A DNA stretch of 64,000 nucleotides from NCBI RefSeq assembly GCF_006345805.1, contig NC_043010.1, forward strand, positions 1,240,001 to 1,304,000, read 5' to 3'. The notes beneath the pieces are model-generated. The model made no database searches, was not told the DNA's origin, and saw only the letters and a list, made by a program, of their open reading frames with translations. The position numbers and the translations under genes were made by a program. Each line of letters opens with the position of its first letter. Position 1 is the first letter of the stretch. Below are positions 40,093-54,109 of the stretch, in pieces. The stretch is from Octopus sinensis. Its lineage: Eukaryota.

Positions 40093-40935
40093 CATCATCA
40101 TCATCATCATCATTGTATAACATCCACTTTCTGTGCTGGCATGGGTTGGACGGTTTGACTCAGGACTGGCAAGCCAGCCAGGAGGATGCAACAGGCTCCA
40201 ATCTGATCTGGCAAGGTTTCTACAGCTGGATGCCCTTCCTAATGCTAACCACTCCGAGAGTGTAGTGGGTGCTTTTTACATGCTACCAGTAAGGGAGCCA
40301 GTCAGGGGGCACTGGCATCGACCACGCTTGAATGGTGCTTTTTACATGCCAGTGGCATGAGTGCCAGCCAGGCGGCACTAGCATCGGTCATGCTCAAATG
40401 GTGCTTTTTATGTATCAGCAGCATGGGAACCAGTCAGGCGGCACTGCCATCGAACACGCTCGAATGGTGCTTTTTACATGCCAGTGGCATGAGTGCCAGC
40501 CAGGCGGCACTAGCATCGGTCATGCTCAAATGGTGCTTTTTATGTATCAGCAGCATGGGAACCAGTCAGGCGGCACTGCCATCGAACACGCTCGAATGGT
40601 GCTTTTTATATGCCACCAGTACAGGAGCCAGTCAGATGGCACTGGTATCAACCACGCTTGAATGGTGCCTTTTACATGTCACCTGCATGGGTGGAAGTTA
40701 GGCGGCACTGGCATCGATCACACTCGAATTGCACTTTTTATGTGAGCCAATCAGGTGACACTGGCATCAACACTCTCAAATGGTGCTTTTTGTGTACCAA
40801 CAGCATGGGAGCCAGTGAGTCAGCACTGGCATTGACCACGCTCGAACGGTGGTCTTTTATGTTCCACTGGCACAAGAGCCAGTCATGTGGCACTGGCATT
40901 GACCACACTCAAATGGTACATTTTATGTGCCACCG
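40093..40935 (-). mobile_element. SINE-like family C with an expanded internal 66-bp minisatellite (~10 units)
   Basis: atggtgc recurs at 40332, 40398, 40464, 40530, 40596 and 40662; 40332-40463 is repeated exactly at 40464-40595. Confidence 0.85.
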
Positions 40936-41100
40936 GGACATAGATATGTCAATCTATATATTCTTAAAATGTTTATACATTAACAAAAGATACACTTATG
41001 TATATGCATTAAGTTTGCATGTATATAAACTCAATTTACTTTTAAATTCTTCAATAATATACATGTGTATATATATTAAATTTATATATATGCATAATTC

Positions 41101-41455
41101 CAGGCATGACTGTGTGGTAAAGTAGTTTGCTTCCCAACGATATGGTTCTGGGTTCAGTTCCATTGCACGGGACCTTGGGCAAGTGTCTTCTGCTGTGTGT
41201 GTGTGTGTGTGTGTGTGTGTGGTGAGGGTGCACACATGTATTTGTGTTTGTCCTCCATCAATGCTTGTCAACTAGTGTCGGTGAGTTTATGTCACTGTAA
41301 ACTAGCAGTTCAACAAAAGGAGACTGATAGAATAGGTACCAGGCTTAAAAAAGATTAAGTACAGGGGTCAGTTCTTTCGACTAAGATATTTTTCAAGGGG
41401 GTGCCCCAGCATGGTCAAGGTCTAATGACTGAAACAAGTAAAAGGTAAAAAATAA
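41101..41455 (+). mobile_element. SINE family A (internally deleted)
   Basis: Head caggcatgactgtgtggtaa...gggttcagttcc and tail atgactgaaacaagtaaaag. Confidence 0.8.
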
Positions 41456-41695
41456 AATATACACGTAGATATAATAAATTTGTATGTATATAAACTCTGT
41501 TTTTATATTCTTAAATAATATACATCACCAAAAGATATACACATGTATGTATATATACTCAATATATATGTATATATATATACTCAGTATGATTAACAAC
41601 AGCAGTCTTTGAATGGGAATAACCAATATCATGGCAGTGGGTTAAATGATCTAAATGGCACAAAGGTTAAATGATCTCTATGGATAGGCTGTAGT

Positions 41696-42102
41696 CAGGG
41701 CCAAATTAACCATTGAGCAAAATAAGTATGTGCTTCGGGCATCAAAGGAAGGTGAGCATCACAGAAATTGTGGATGGTTTACTACACAAAAGAAATCACT
41801 TTAAAAACTTGCTAAGTTAATATTCAAAGTGATTTTATGTGAGTGGAAATATAATTTGAAAGTGGTCATGGTGTTGGGATCTGATCAAAGACTTTGCTAT
41901 TTAAAAAAAGTAGGGAAAAACTATTCTGGAAGTATAGAAGAATAAACATTTAATTCCTATCTTACTGTTAGTTTTGCTCTATTTTGAAAAAGAGAAATTT
42001 ATTTTATGGTTTATTATTGTTTATATTTTGAATTATTTATATATAAGGACACTAAAATCTTTTGAGTGTTTAGGGCATTTAATGGGTCTTAATTTGGCCC
42101 TG
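41696..42102. mobile_element. non-autonomous hAT-type element
   Basis: Perfect 14-bp TIRs CAGGGCCAAATTAA / TTAATTTGGCCCTG and an 8-bp TSD gctgtagt / gctttagt (1 mismatch). Confidence 0.85.
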
Positions 42103-43584
42103 GCTTTAGTCTATATGTCCTACATACAAGAGCAAGGTATCGTATCCCTGCCACCTGTATAGACTACAGTCCCATCAATTTTAACCTAACATCATTAAAT
42201 ACTCCATGTAAAGACTGCTGCTCCTAGTGTGATGATTAAGTCACTGAATGATACCAACATCCCAACCTACCATGCTTCCATGTGCTCTGTCTAATACAAG
42301 GAACTAATGTCTATGAATAGACCATGCTCACAGCTTGCTGCCTAAGTAATGCCAGCATCCTGCCAATATTCTGTTCAAACAGGACATGGTCCTAAAAATA
42401 AAGAAAATAGCTGGAGTCTCTTTTGCAGCATAAACAATGCATGACCTGACCTGCCCAGTATGAGCCTAACATCCAGAAGCCATCATGAATTCTCAAATCT
42501 CAAATCTCGCACTCTTCTCTCTGATATCACCAGCAGAAGAGTGTCTCACTGGCCCACAACATTTCAAGTCATAGGGAGGTGAGTCAAACTGTTTTTAAAT
42601 ATATGTATCATGATCACATGATTGATTAGACTATTGGATGTTGTTTTGCATCACTGGTCACAATGCACTTTACATCATTTTAATTTTCAAATGATGCCAA
42701 CCTACTGGCAAGCCTATACACACGTACACACAGACGTGCATGCATACACACATATGCACACACACACGTGCATGCATGCACACACACATACACACATACA
42801 TGCACACACATTAACACATACGCGTGCACATGCACACACACATGCACACAAATGCACATATGTGCACACACATGCATACATGCACATGCACACATGCACG
42901 CACACACAAACACATACACACACCACACACACACACACACACACATATATATACACACACATATACGGTCAAGCTAGAATTAAATAAAGTCACAGAAAAT
43001 AGCATTGCATAAAGCCTTTTCGCAAAGCCATATTTCCCACATGGTCTAAGAATGATGCTGCCGAATGGTAGGATGCATGTGTCTCTGCATTCTTTTCTGT
43101 CATCAGCTACAAACACTAAATCTGCCAGTTGATAAAGTGAAAGAATACAGAAAGTCATGCATCCTATGGCCTGGGGATATCATTCATAGCCCAATGTGTT
43201 TTATATAAGTTATCTAAGAGGAGAATTTTCTTCCATTATTATTTTGCAGTGAAAGGTCTTCTCACATTTGAGTGTACTTGAATGTGTTAAACATGATTTT
43301 ATGTATATCATTATTCAGTTTATTTCAAGATTTCTAGCCAACAGAGAAAGAACTGGTTTCTAACCTAGATCCAAGGCTCCTTCTTTGGAATTTCAACATC
43401 AACAACAGGGTATTTTTGTATGTATGTATGTAAGTATTTTTGTATGTATGTATGTATGTATGTATGTGTGTATGTATGTATGTATGTATGTATGTATGTA
43501 TGTATGTATGTATGTATGTATGTATGTATGTGCAGATTTGCACATATTTTATGTATGTATTCTCATGCATATAGTTGCATATCT

Positions 43585-44185
43585 AGATATACTCATATAT
43601 ATTTAAATGATAAACTTCTGGAAAGTTTTACAGATTTTTATCGTTCCAGTGATGGATTGGATCTGTTGTCTTTGAATTAGTTTTATCCTTTCTGGTTTTG
43701 AGAAGCCTAATTTCTTAAGATTGGTATTTAGGCATTATGTTGCATATCCCAGGGCCCCATTAATCACAGGTATAAACCTGAACTTGTAATCTGCATAGAG
43801 TAACTGCAGTTTTCTCAATAGTTCAGCATAGGTGTTCTCTTCTTTACTGATCTTCAGCTTTATGTTAACATCCGTTGGGCAGCTAATTTCTACAACTGTG
43901 GACAGTTTCTCTTCGCTATCCCAAATCATTATATCAGGTCTGTTGTGCTTACATTTTATTGAGGTCTTCACTGGTACATTCCACCAGTATTCCTTTTTAT
44001 TAGGATTGGCTATGGCTTCTAGCATATTTTGGGTTCTTATTATTTAGTCCTTGGTATCCTTCCGATGGATTTCATTATAGAGTGTCCTAGCTACAATGTC
44101 ATGTCTCATCGGTAGATAATATCATGATGACATTTTCGGACAACTGCTCATGATGTTGGTGATATCTTCAGTATGAACTCCACAA
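43585..44185 (-). pseudogene. 3' fragment of an RLE-type non-LTR retrotransposon (R4/Dong-like)
   Basis: E...I.SSCPKM...YLPMRHDIVAR, then WWNVPVKT...HNRPDIMIWD...VVEISCPTD...K..TYAEL...IPVINGALG, which are restriction-like endonuclease motifs. Confidence 0.85.
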
Positions 44186-45378
44186 AGTCTGCATTGGTTG
44201 TCACATTTTATGGCTTTTCCTGCATCCCTTTTGTGCATGTATATATGTATGTATCTGTCTATCATTCTTTGCCTCTCCTTTCAACTAACCATGTGACACA
44301 TTTAGCCTTAGTATATTATAATATGCCTCTCTTCATTTTTCTCTACTCATACTTCTCCCCCCACTCTCTTTCACTTTTACTCCACCTCTCACTCACTCCA
44401 CTGCCACCTCTCTAACTAAAGTATAATGGGTGAACAAACAAGATTATTATACAGATTATTAAAGATCAGGACACAGATGAAAGCATTCCTATTCCTATCA
44501 ACAGGTAGAAGTTTTCCTATTTTTGCCATCCATGAGGGTCTTTACAATATTTGAGAGATGGTCATGTTTGGTTTTCCAGAGGAGTTGTGTTTGCCCATAG
44601 TCAGATATGGTTTACAATTTAAAACTTAATCTACTGACTGAAACCTTTTTCTCTCTGTGAAGTGGAGGCCATCAATGAGGTTTCTCTGCTGTTTGCAACT
44701 CTGTGCAATCAGAAGCAGAGTGGTCTCCATCTTCCAGGTCTTGTTGGTTGTAAAACTGCTTTTTCCTAGGTTTGAGTGTTAAATGTAAAACCATTTCCTA
44801 TTAGTCTGTCCCCTGTCCCTTCACTCTGCTGGCTCTCAGAGTCAGTGAGGCACATAAACCACCACAACTGCAACAAGGACTGGATCCTGTCATGAGTAGC
44901 TTCAAAAATGTTAATCAATTAGATTGATACTAATGATGATGTTCAAACAGCAATTTTTAATCAAGCTTTTTATTCTTTTCTGAATTGATCCATGTGTTTA
45001 GACACTCAAGTTATAGGAAACTGTTAAGCTATGGTCTCACTCTACAATTCAGAAATGAGAAGGGTGCTTGTGGTTTGCTTGCTAAGAGTGTCTAAAATAA
45101 AAAAGAAACTATTAACTTCAGTTCCATCAAGGCACCTCATTTAAATGCAAATATTGGATTGCTCTTTTCTTAGCCCAAAAGGAACCATTATAAAATATGA
45201 ATGACTTTCTGATACTCTGCTAATAGTAAATATTTGGTGAAACTTCAGGGCTTCCAAGTAGTATTCCACTGCATCAAATTTGGTAAATCAACAGAACATT
45301 TTATTTTATATTCTGCAAAACAACCTGATAACTGTGGCACTGCAGTTCAAAGAAACTACTTTTGTAATATTTCTAATC

Positions 45379-45606
45379 TTAATCTTTTAGCATTAAGATT
45401 ACTCTCTAAAACATAATACTTATTTATCCATATTTTTTTGAATTAATCATGCATTGTCTTGCATATTTGAGATTTCAATGTTGTGATTGTATATTTTTAG
45501 AATTACATTGTCTAGTAGGCCTGAGAGGCTGAATCTTGCTAGTTTGAACATAAAACATGTAGAATATTTTTGCTGGATATTGCCAGTTTAAATACTAAAA
45601 GGATTA
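45379..45606. mobile_element. piggyBac-like TTAA MITE (diverged)
   Basis: Colinear with 37832-38075 and 51983-52193. Confidence 0.65.
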
Positions 45607-45774
45607 TGGTTAATCAAACCATTTACAAGGTTACTGATGAAAACCACTTTATTTTGGAAGGTGTTTGTTAAGCTATCCATAGGATTAGATATGAATCTGT
45701 GAACTTGGTCAGTAGGAGTATTATAAAATGTAGATGAAGTAAGTTGGCCGTCACAAGTAATATACGATGAACGT

Positions 45775-46078
45775 CGCCCTTTTCAAGCCTAGTCAGGCTC
45801 ATGGGCCCGGTTTCCCAGTTTCTGTGGCATATGTATTCCCCCCAGCTGGACGGGACACCAGTCCATTGCAGCGTTACTCAAGAAACAGGAAGAGAGAGTG
45901 AAAGAAAGTTGTGGCGAAAGAGTACAACAAGGGTCGCCACCAACCCCTGCCAGAGCCTCGTGGAGCTTTTAGGTGTTTTCGCTCAATAAATATACACAAT
46001 GCCCGATCTGGGAATTGAAACCATGATCCTCCGACTGTGAGTCCACTGCCCTAAACACTGGGCCACTGCGCCTCCACA
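45775..46078 (-). mobile_element. tRNA-derived SINE, family D head with tail X
   Basis: Minus strand reads GTGGAGGCGCAGTGGCCCAGTG...GGTTTCAATTCCC. The head is shared with 58550-58908 and the tail with 54890-55133. Confidence 0.8.
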
Positions 46079-46099
46079 CAAGTAATATAAGATATATAT

Positions 46100-46470
46100 A
46101 TAGCAAGTTTGCTATGCTTAAAGAAGTTAGGCTTTGTTGCTGTGTTTGACAATGTTGTAGGCAGTGATACTAATATGATAATCTCTGCGTTTATAATATC
46201 ATGAGTGTTAGCAATCTTTTTGAAAATTGTTTTATTATGTTGTTTGACATGTTTAGAGAGTGTAAGTCTATTTAGTTTGTTTGCTTGTATCAGGATGTCT
46301 GAGGATTGTCTGAGTGGTTTCATGCAATTATCTAAAAGGTTTTTAAAAAGCATTTATAGTGTATGAGAGGGCATTTCCATGTTCTAAAGCCACACTTGTC
46401 AATAATAGCATTGTGTTGGTTGAAATTTTTGAAAGAACACTTTCCAACCTAAGGGTTTGATGACACTTAG
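46100..46470 (-). pseudogene. Naiad-like PLE N-terminal fragment (highly decayed)
   Basis: WKVFF...DKCGFRTWKCP...LRQSSDILIQANK...DIINAE parallels KCPLQ...IKQSPNVNILANKTEN at ~51010-51190. Confidence 0.5.
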
Positions 46471-48411
46471 TTTCCACTATGATTTACGTTTCATGATCCC
46501 AACAAAACAAGATGTTGTTTATGCCTATCTGAGAAATTACATATTTTTGTACAAATACCCAGATAGCTGAATGAATCAAGAACCTTACCTTTATGTGGCA
46601 AACTGATACCAGATACTAGCAGAATTCCCAATATTTTTGACTGATTCCATTACTTTCTGAGATCAGTTACTACATTTCACCAGCTTTACAAGCAGTAACA
46701 ATTTGTTATGGAATTTTTGTCAACCATCGATGATGGAATTGCACCAGTTATCATTTTACTGGATTAAGTGTTAGAAACACAAGGATGTAGCTGGAGAGAA
46801 TATATTTAAATATGTGTATATATTTAGCTTAATATGTATGACATTTTCTTTTCTACGTCTTTTCCCATTAGCCATCATTACATTTCTATGTTATTTCTGT
46901 TTTATATGAAGATATTTTCATGTTTTATATATAGCATTTCTAATTCCTATTCTTTGTAAAGAATGTTTATGTTTGAGATTTGTTACTTGCATTTGTAATA
47001 ATAAACAGGTGAAGAAATAATGGACACATTTTGCTAATGTCTCATTCTTGCCATTTGTCCATTAATTCCCAGATTGTGTTTTGTTTTTTAACACCATTGA
47101 CACTGCTGGATTGAACAGTACAGTCCAAGTGTTGAAACCATAATCATATCTGTTCAGCTGCTGGTGATCAGCATAAATATTTGATGTGTTTGCTATCTAC
47201 GAAGCTTTTATATCTTGTGATCTGGTTCTGAGTTGTCCTTCGTTCCCAAATGATTGAACTTGTTAAAGGAGTCTTGGTTTCTTGGTTTTATGCTGGTTTT
47301 TATATTACACCATATTGTCTATGGCACTTCATTGGGATCCTAATAATAGCAAGGTAATGCTTATTTTAGGGTTTCTGCTTTAGTGAGGTTTTGTTACCTG
47401 TACCCTTATATTTTTGTTTTAAACTTGAATTCAGTTCCTGCTAAATGAACTCAGTGCTTAGATGCTTTACATGAAAGAAACAATATTTATGTTACTTTTG
47501 TAAGATATACATTTCTCTTATCACTTCAATACTAATTTGTATTAGTGTTGTATTGCCAATTGTTATGATGATACTTCTTTACACTATAACTGTGTAGTAA
47601 CAATAAAATATGTAACAAAGTTGGGTAACAACAAAGTAACAATCCAGCAAAGCTCTCCATGAACTATACACAAACCGACAAAATTCCTGTGATTAATGCC
47701 AACTCTCTCTTTATTTTGGCACTGTGGTCATTCACACAGAGGGGACTGCACAAGGGCAGACAGAACACCACAGTGGGGACAAAAAACACAAAACGAATGA
47801 AAAAGCTGTTAAACAATAATGAAAATGAAATGGCTGCATGAGCCCTCCTCCCACGCAGTACCATTTGAATGTTTAAACACACAGTTTATAATCTTTTTTC
47901 CTTTTTTTTTTCCATCATCATCGATTTTTCCCTTTTTTTTAATGAAACAATTTTACTTACTTTTTTTTTAATATCTCATAAATGGTCCTAGTTCTTTTAA
48001 CTCTACCACTGGTGGCAGTTCATCAAATTCCACCACAACTCCTGGCAGATCAATGCCCCTTCCACATATTTCCTGCATGTATATATATATGCATATATAT
48101 ATATAAAATGTATATATACTTAGTGGTTCTGACATTCACCCACTTCAAAAATTTTTTTTAAATGGATAAAAAATTATTTCAACCTAAGACAAATATCCAA
48201 ATTTCATCTCAGGGACTGTTAAAGAAACTTGCCTCATGCAAAATTAATAGTAATTAGTGTCAGGGACCGTGTGATTACGTTACTGTGAGAACAACACATT
48301 TAAACTGTAATTAACCCTTTCATTTCACTCTGCTTAAATGTAAAGAGGAATAAAATCTTGGTTTGGATTAAATGTAATCTTGTCTAATCTATATATACGT
48401 ATCTATATACT

Positions 48412-48528
48412 GGCTTCAAATTTTTGCACAAGGCCAGCAATTTTTCAGGCAGAGTAAAGTTGATTACATCGACCCCAGTGCTCAACTGCTACTCAATTTA
48501 TCAATCCGATAAGGATGAAAGGCAAAGT
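48412..48528 (-). mobile_element. SINE family B fragment
   Basis: gattacatcgaccccagtgctcaactg...aggatgaaaggcaaagt. Confidence 0.7.
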
Positions 48529-48750
48529 TATATATATATATATATATATATATATACTTGACATATATATACATATATATATTTGATCTCCATTGGTATG
48601 GCTGTTTAATGATTTTCTTTTATAAACTCTGTTGTATAAAGTAGAGTTGTCCATTAAGTCAGAGGCAAACATTCTCTATTTCAAGTTCTATCTATATGTA
48701 TAAATATATATTATATATATAATATATATATATATTTATACATATATGTA

Positions 48751-48791
<41 letters not shown>

Positions 48792-48853
48792 ATATATATA
48801 TATATATTATATATATATATTATATATATATATATTATATATATATTTATACA

Positions 48854-48885
<32 letters not shown>

Positions 48886-48929
48886 CTATATAATATATAT
48901 ATATATATATATAATATATATATATATAT

Positions 48930-48930
<1 letters not shown>

Positions 48931-48979
<49 letters not shown>

Positions 48980-49295
48980 TTAGCGCCTGCTTTCCATGCT
49001 GGTGTGGGTTAGATGGTTTGACTGGAACTGGTAAGCCGGAGAGCAGCCCCTAGTTCCAATCTAATTTGGCTTAGTTTCTATGATTGGATGCCCTTCCTAA
49101 TGCCAACCACTCAAAATGCTTTAATGGCCCTTTTTATGTGTGCCACCGGCATGAGTGCATTTATGTGTTACTGGCACGGGTGCCAGTTACTTGACACCAG
49201 TATTGACCACGGCTACATTTTTCACTTGGCTTGATAAGTCTTCTTAAGCACAGCATATTACGAAAGGTCTCAGTCACTTTTCATCGCCTCCATGA
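48931..49295 (-). mobile_element. SINE-like family C with (CAT)n tail
   Basis: (CAT)n followed by ttccatgctgg...ggatgcccttcctaatgccaaccactc. Confidence 0.75.
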
Positions 49296-49837
49296 TATAT
49301 ATGTATGTGTGTATGTGTGTGTGTGTGTGTGTGTGTGTTAGCAAATACATATCTGACTCTACATTTATTGAGCACTTTTATATTTTATGTCCCACAAAAT
49401 AGTGCAAAACATGTTTATGTATTTGTATCAATGTGGATGCAGGCATCTGCTAAATTAACTCCTCCTCCTCCTCCTCCCCCTCCATTTCTCTACTCTCATC
49501 TTATTCCCTGCACCATATGTATCCTTTCATTTCTTTCATCTGCACCTCTTCTTTTCTCTCATATTTTGTACCAACACCAAAACAACCACCACCACCATTT
49601 AAATAGCACTATCCCCACATTCATTTCTACATATTTCACGATGACAACAGCCACCACCACCACCACCACCTCCGGTACCTCCGTCACAACCACCGTTCAT
49701 ACCATACCCTCCAGTGATGTCAAAAGCTGCAATCATGTGCATCTATTAAAACATTTGAACAGTGCGTAGAAACCCTTAAGCAAAACGTATTGAAAAGAAT
49801 TTTCTCTTTCATTTTCACCGATCTTTCTTACATATAC

Positions 49838-49872
<35 letters not shown>

Positions 49873-49934
49873 GTATTTATATATGTAAGTATGTATGTAG
49901 GTATGGATGTAAATTCATCTCTTTCTCTCTCTCT

Positions 49935-49975
<41 letters not shown>

Positions 49976-49976
49976 C

Positions 49977-50025
<49 letters not shown>

Positions 50026-50514
50026 TATATATATACATGCATACACACACACACACACACACATACACACACACATATATATATATATTATATATATATA
50101 TATATATACACTTATATATATGTCTATGCCTGTATGTATTTATGTATACACATACACAGATACACAGTTGTCTCCATGTGTATGGAAGGACGGATGCATA
50201 TACTTAAAAATAACTCTTTAAAATTCCCGGCTTTCTTTCTTGCTTTTCTCTCTAAGCTTTTCCTGTATTTCTTCAGTTTCTCTTCCATTCCTTCCTCCAT
50301 TCAAATTCATCGTTCCTCTCCGCAGCTTTTAGTGCTTCCTTCTTTTGGCTTTTTTTTTTTACTTTGGTTTCCCTTCTCTTTCTTCTCTTTTCTAAATTCT
50401 TTAAAAATTTCTCCTCTCCTCTTTTTACCCCTTGCTCCCCTTTTTCACTTCCATTCTCCTCCTCCTCCTCCCACTTTGTGTTTTTATGTGTATGTGTGTG
50501 TGTGTATGTATGTG

Positions 50515-50545
<31 letters not shown>

Positions 50546-50624
50546 GCTTGCACACATACATGCATTCATATTTACAAACATATATACATGCACACATGTG
50601 TGGGTATGTATGTATGTATATATA

Positions 50625-50678
<54 letters not shown>

Positions 50679-50871
50679 TATTATATATATATTATATATA
50701 TAATATATATATATATACATACACATATATGCATACATATATATACACATACAAATGTATATATTAATACATATCTATCTGTCTTTGTCTCTCTGTCTGT
50801 CTTTCTCTCTCTCTCCATATGTATATATATGTGTGTGTGTGTGTATGTGTTTATATATATATGTATGCATA

Positions 50872-50920
<49 letters not shown>

Positions 50921-50999
50921 ATATGCATGTATAAATGTAAATATGAATGTTTGTATGTATGTGTGTACATGTATACATACATTCGTATATATTTATCAA

Positions 51000-53050
51000 A
51001 TCCTGAAATTGCCCTCTCCAGATAAAGGACATTGACATCTTTGAAGCTGATTTAATGACAACCATAAAAAGGTACAATTCCAGCATCTTCCTAACACCTT
51101 CTTAAATTCCTCAAACAGCTACATGGTTCAAATTAAACAATCACCTAATGTAAACATTCTTGCCAACAAAACAGAGAACATATATGTAACAAACTCTTCT
51201 ATACACACCTGACTTCCTGCAAACACAATCATTGAAACATAAAATAAACTAACTTCTTTAATAAACGCAATGGCATAAGAGTTACTCACCCTTCTAAATA
51301 CACAAGACTACTACACATCCTCATCCCTATATCACCTTTAAAGATCATAAGTTTAACGTCCTTTCTAATCTTAAATGTAAGTTGATTAACCCTTCTAAGA
51401 GCAAAATAGGAATTGTATGCAAGTGTGTACACAATACCATCGACTCTAATATTAGGAGGGCTATGGGGTTGATACAATGGGATTGCAGTACCACAATAAA
51501 TGACTGCTTTTGTAGTATTGTGAATAAAGCAGCCTGTTAGTTCAAACAGTTTGATATTGTAGCTTTCTACTCTTCGACACTCAAATCTCTCCTTCTCCTC
51601 CTGGTGGTCTTAGACTTTGGTAGGCAATTCATCAAAGTCAGTGTCCTTAATATCAGAATCATCATAAATGCTAGATCATCAATCATAGCTCATAAGGATT
51701 TCTGTTGGGTAAAGAGGAAACGTGACCTGCTGTTCGTTGTATCTTTGAAGAGCTACAGTGGGACTCAGGTCACTAACTTCATCAGTATTTGTCTTGGATA
51801 TTCTCAAGAAGTGTCCACATCCTATAACTTTACCCTGACTTAGAATGATGGTCTGCCAGTCTCAAGCCATAAGAATGGCCACATCGTGGAAAAGTTCAGA
51901 AAAGATCTAATTATGATCTTCAAAAGAATTCAGCCCATCTATAACATCTATGTGACAAACGTTTTACTTTCTAAATGTAACCTTAACCCTTTTAGTATTC
52001 AGATTATTCTGTGAAATGTAGTATTTGTGTATTCATATTGTTTTGAATTAATCATGCATAATCTTGTAACCTAGAGATTTCAATAATGTGATTGTTAAGT
52101 TTCTGAAGGACATTGTAGGGTAGATGTGAGATGTCAGATCTGGCCAGTAGGATATTTAGCTGGATATGGCCTGTTTAAATGCCAAAGGATTAAACTTGAA
52201 GACTTGCAAGTATCAACCTCAAGGAAAACTCAAAGATGAAACTGTTTCCATTCACAGATATTCTAACCACCTCTCCAGTAGTAATTAGAAACCTAGTTAC
52301 AAGAATAAGTAGAAGAATCTCTAAGCTACCAGCAAACAGAAATTTTCAATAAGGCTACCCTTAGGGGTGTTAGTGAGGGGTGGATTCATTGAGAAGCTAG
52401 TATATATGGAGAACAGCCTGTCCTATCTCCAAAGCTGAAGTAGGTTAGAACGAGAAAGGTAATCTGGTTTCATTCTCCATTTAACCTGGCTGTTTCAACA
52501 TAGCTAAGAGCAATCTGATACTAATTACGAGCGCTTTTCTCTAGAATCCATAAATATTATAAATTATTCAATTCCCTCAATGTAAAGATCACTTACTCCT
52601 GCTTAGGCAACATTGCTTCAAATATCGTGTGTTACACTAGATGCAAATACATACCTACAGTTTCTTACCTATACCTCCAGCCTGTGACTGCTGAAATCCT
52701 ACTAACTGCCCACCGAGAGGATCTTGTCTCTCAAAAGCTGTAGTTTATTGGGCCACCCTCACACCATGGGATGGCATTACAAGACACTACACAGGCATGA
52801 CAGCCAATAACTTTTACGGAAGGTATACACTGTATATTAACTCCTCCCTGTCCCACCTCATCTGCAGAATCTGCAATCATCAAAATGACTCTTCCCAACA
52901 TCAAATGGACTATCATTGACAATTGACAGGGAATTTTTCTTACTTACCTATCACTTGCAATTGTCAACTCTGTCTCAGCAAAAGACTACACATACTTCAC
53001 CAACTTGCATTGTCCATCAATAGGAAGAATGGACTGCCTTAGAGTTATCT
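51000..53050 (+). pseudogene. near-full-length decayed Naiad-like Penelope element ORF (RT + linker + GIY-YIG)
   Basis: Ordered motifs across frameshifts and stops: ANKTENIY; YITFKDHK...CKLINPSKSKIG; FDIVAFYS; WVKR..LFVVSLKSYSG; NDGL; FLNVTL; IHRYSNH; RKVIWF.SPF; KITYSC; CDC*NPTNCP..GSCL..AVVY.AT; YTGMT; IKWTI; CQLCL. Confidence 0.8.
51983..52193. mobile_element. piggyBac-like TTAA MITE nested in the Naiad RT
   Basis: TTAA-cccttt...aaagga-TTAA. Removing it rejoins ...FLNVTL with NLKT... Confidence 0.8.
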
Positions 53051-54109
53051 TCAGTGAGACACCCTGTTGAGGCGCTGTGAGCTACTGGCAGTTGCCAATT
53101 CAAGTACATCACCCTAGGCTTGGCTAACCACAAGACACAGGTAGGTTAATCAAACCTTGCCATCGGTATAGACTCCAGCCCCACCCATGCTGATAATCCA
53201 GCATCAGTTTTAACCTAACATCCTCAACTCTGGTTACTCCACATCCCACTCCACACCCGTAGAGATTGCTGCTGCTAAAGTGTTAACAATTCCACTGAAC
53301 AACGACTAACTGACTAACTCACGAAAACACTCCACCCTTTGGTCAAATAAACCAACACCAATATTTACTTTGTAAGTTTGGTACTTATGTATTGGTTCCT
53401 TTTGCTGAATTACTAAGTTATGGTAATATAAGCAAGCTGCCACCTGTGGTCAGGTCGTAGTGGGAGACAACCACAATCAAATATATATATATATATATAT
53501 TAAGGGCATTAATACACATAAATGCCTCATGCTATGAGGGACTATTAAATTTAAAACTAAATATATTTGAAAGGAATAATTATAATTTTCCCTTATGAGG
53601 TTTTTCACACTGACTACATGATAAATTCTTATAAATATTTTATCCTATTTTAAATATATATATATATATGTGGTGTATAGATATTCATTTCTTGTCACCT
53701 CAAATGAATAAATTTTGGGCTTTTTGCTAAAGATTTCTGAGGGGAGGAACATTTCACCAAGTCTATAGACATATTGTTACAACCCTCATCTAACCAAGAA
53801 GCATCCAACCCATGCCAACGGGGAAAACAAATTTCCTCATTTCTTTTGACTATCCTCATTATTATTAACTCCATTTATGTATGTGTATTCACACACATAC
53901 ACACACACACACACACACTCACACACATACACACACACTCACACACATACACACACAAAACTGTGCACAAATATATGCATTTATTTAGAGAGGGTGTCCT
54001 GACATAGAAACCTTGTCAAAACTAAGACATGACTAAAGCATGACATGACCCTGCAAATTGTCAGATCTTGTTGAAATCTCCAATACATGCCAGCATGAAA
54101 AATGCATGA

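Noticed and set aside
40266-40935. Regularly spaced repeats resembling a CRISPR array or a repeat protein
   Set aside because: The whole 66-bp unit is repeated with no unique spacers, it lies inside a SINE-like element, and the context is eukaryotic with no cas genes.
46580-46665. Strong minus-strand donor AAG|GTAAGG
   Set aside because: All three frames of the putative exon are closed and it adjoins a decayed PLE fragment.
48000-48270. GIDLPGVVVEFDE on the minus strand and short inverted ends, suggesting a Merlin-like transposon remnant
   Set aside because: Too short and degenerate to call.
52684-52710. In-frame TGA in the Cys-rich linker of the Naiad-like ORF, a possible selenocysteine as known for some Naiads
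   Set aside because: The TGA follows CxC rather than replacing a Cys and is simply explained by CGA-to-TGA decay. The copy has many other stops and no SECIS was recognised.
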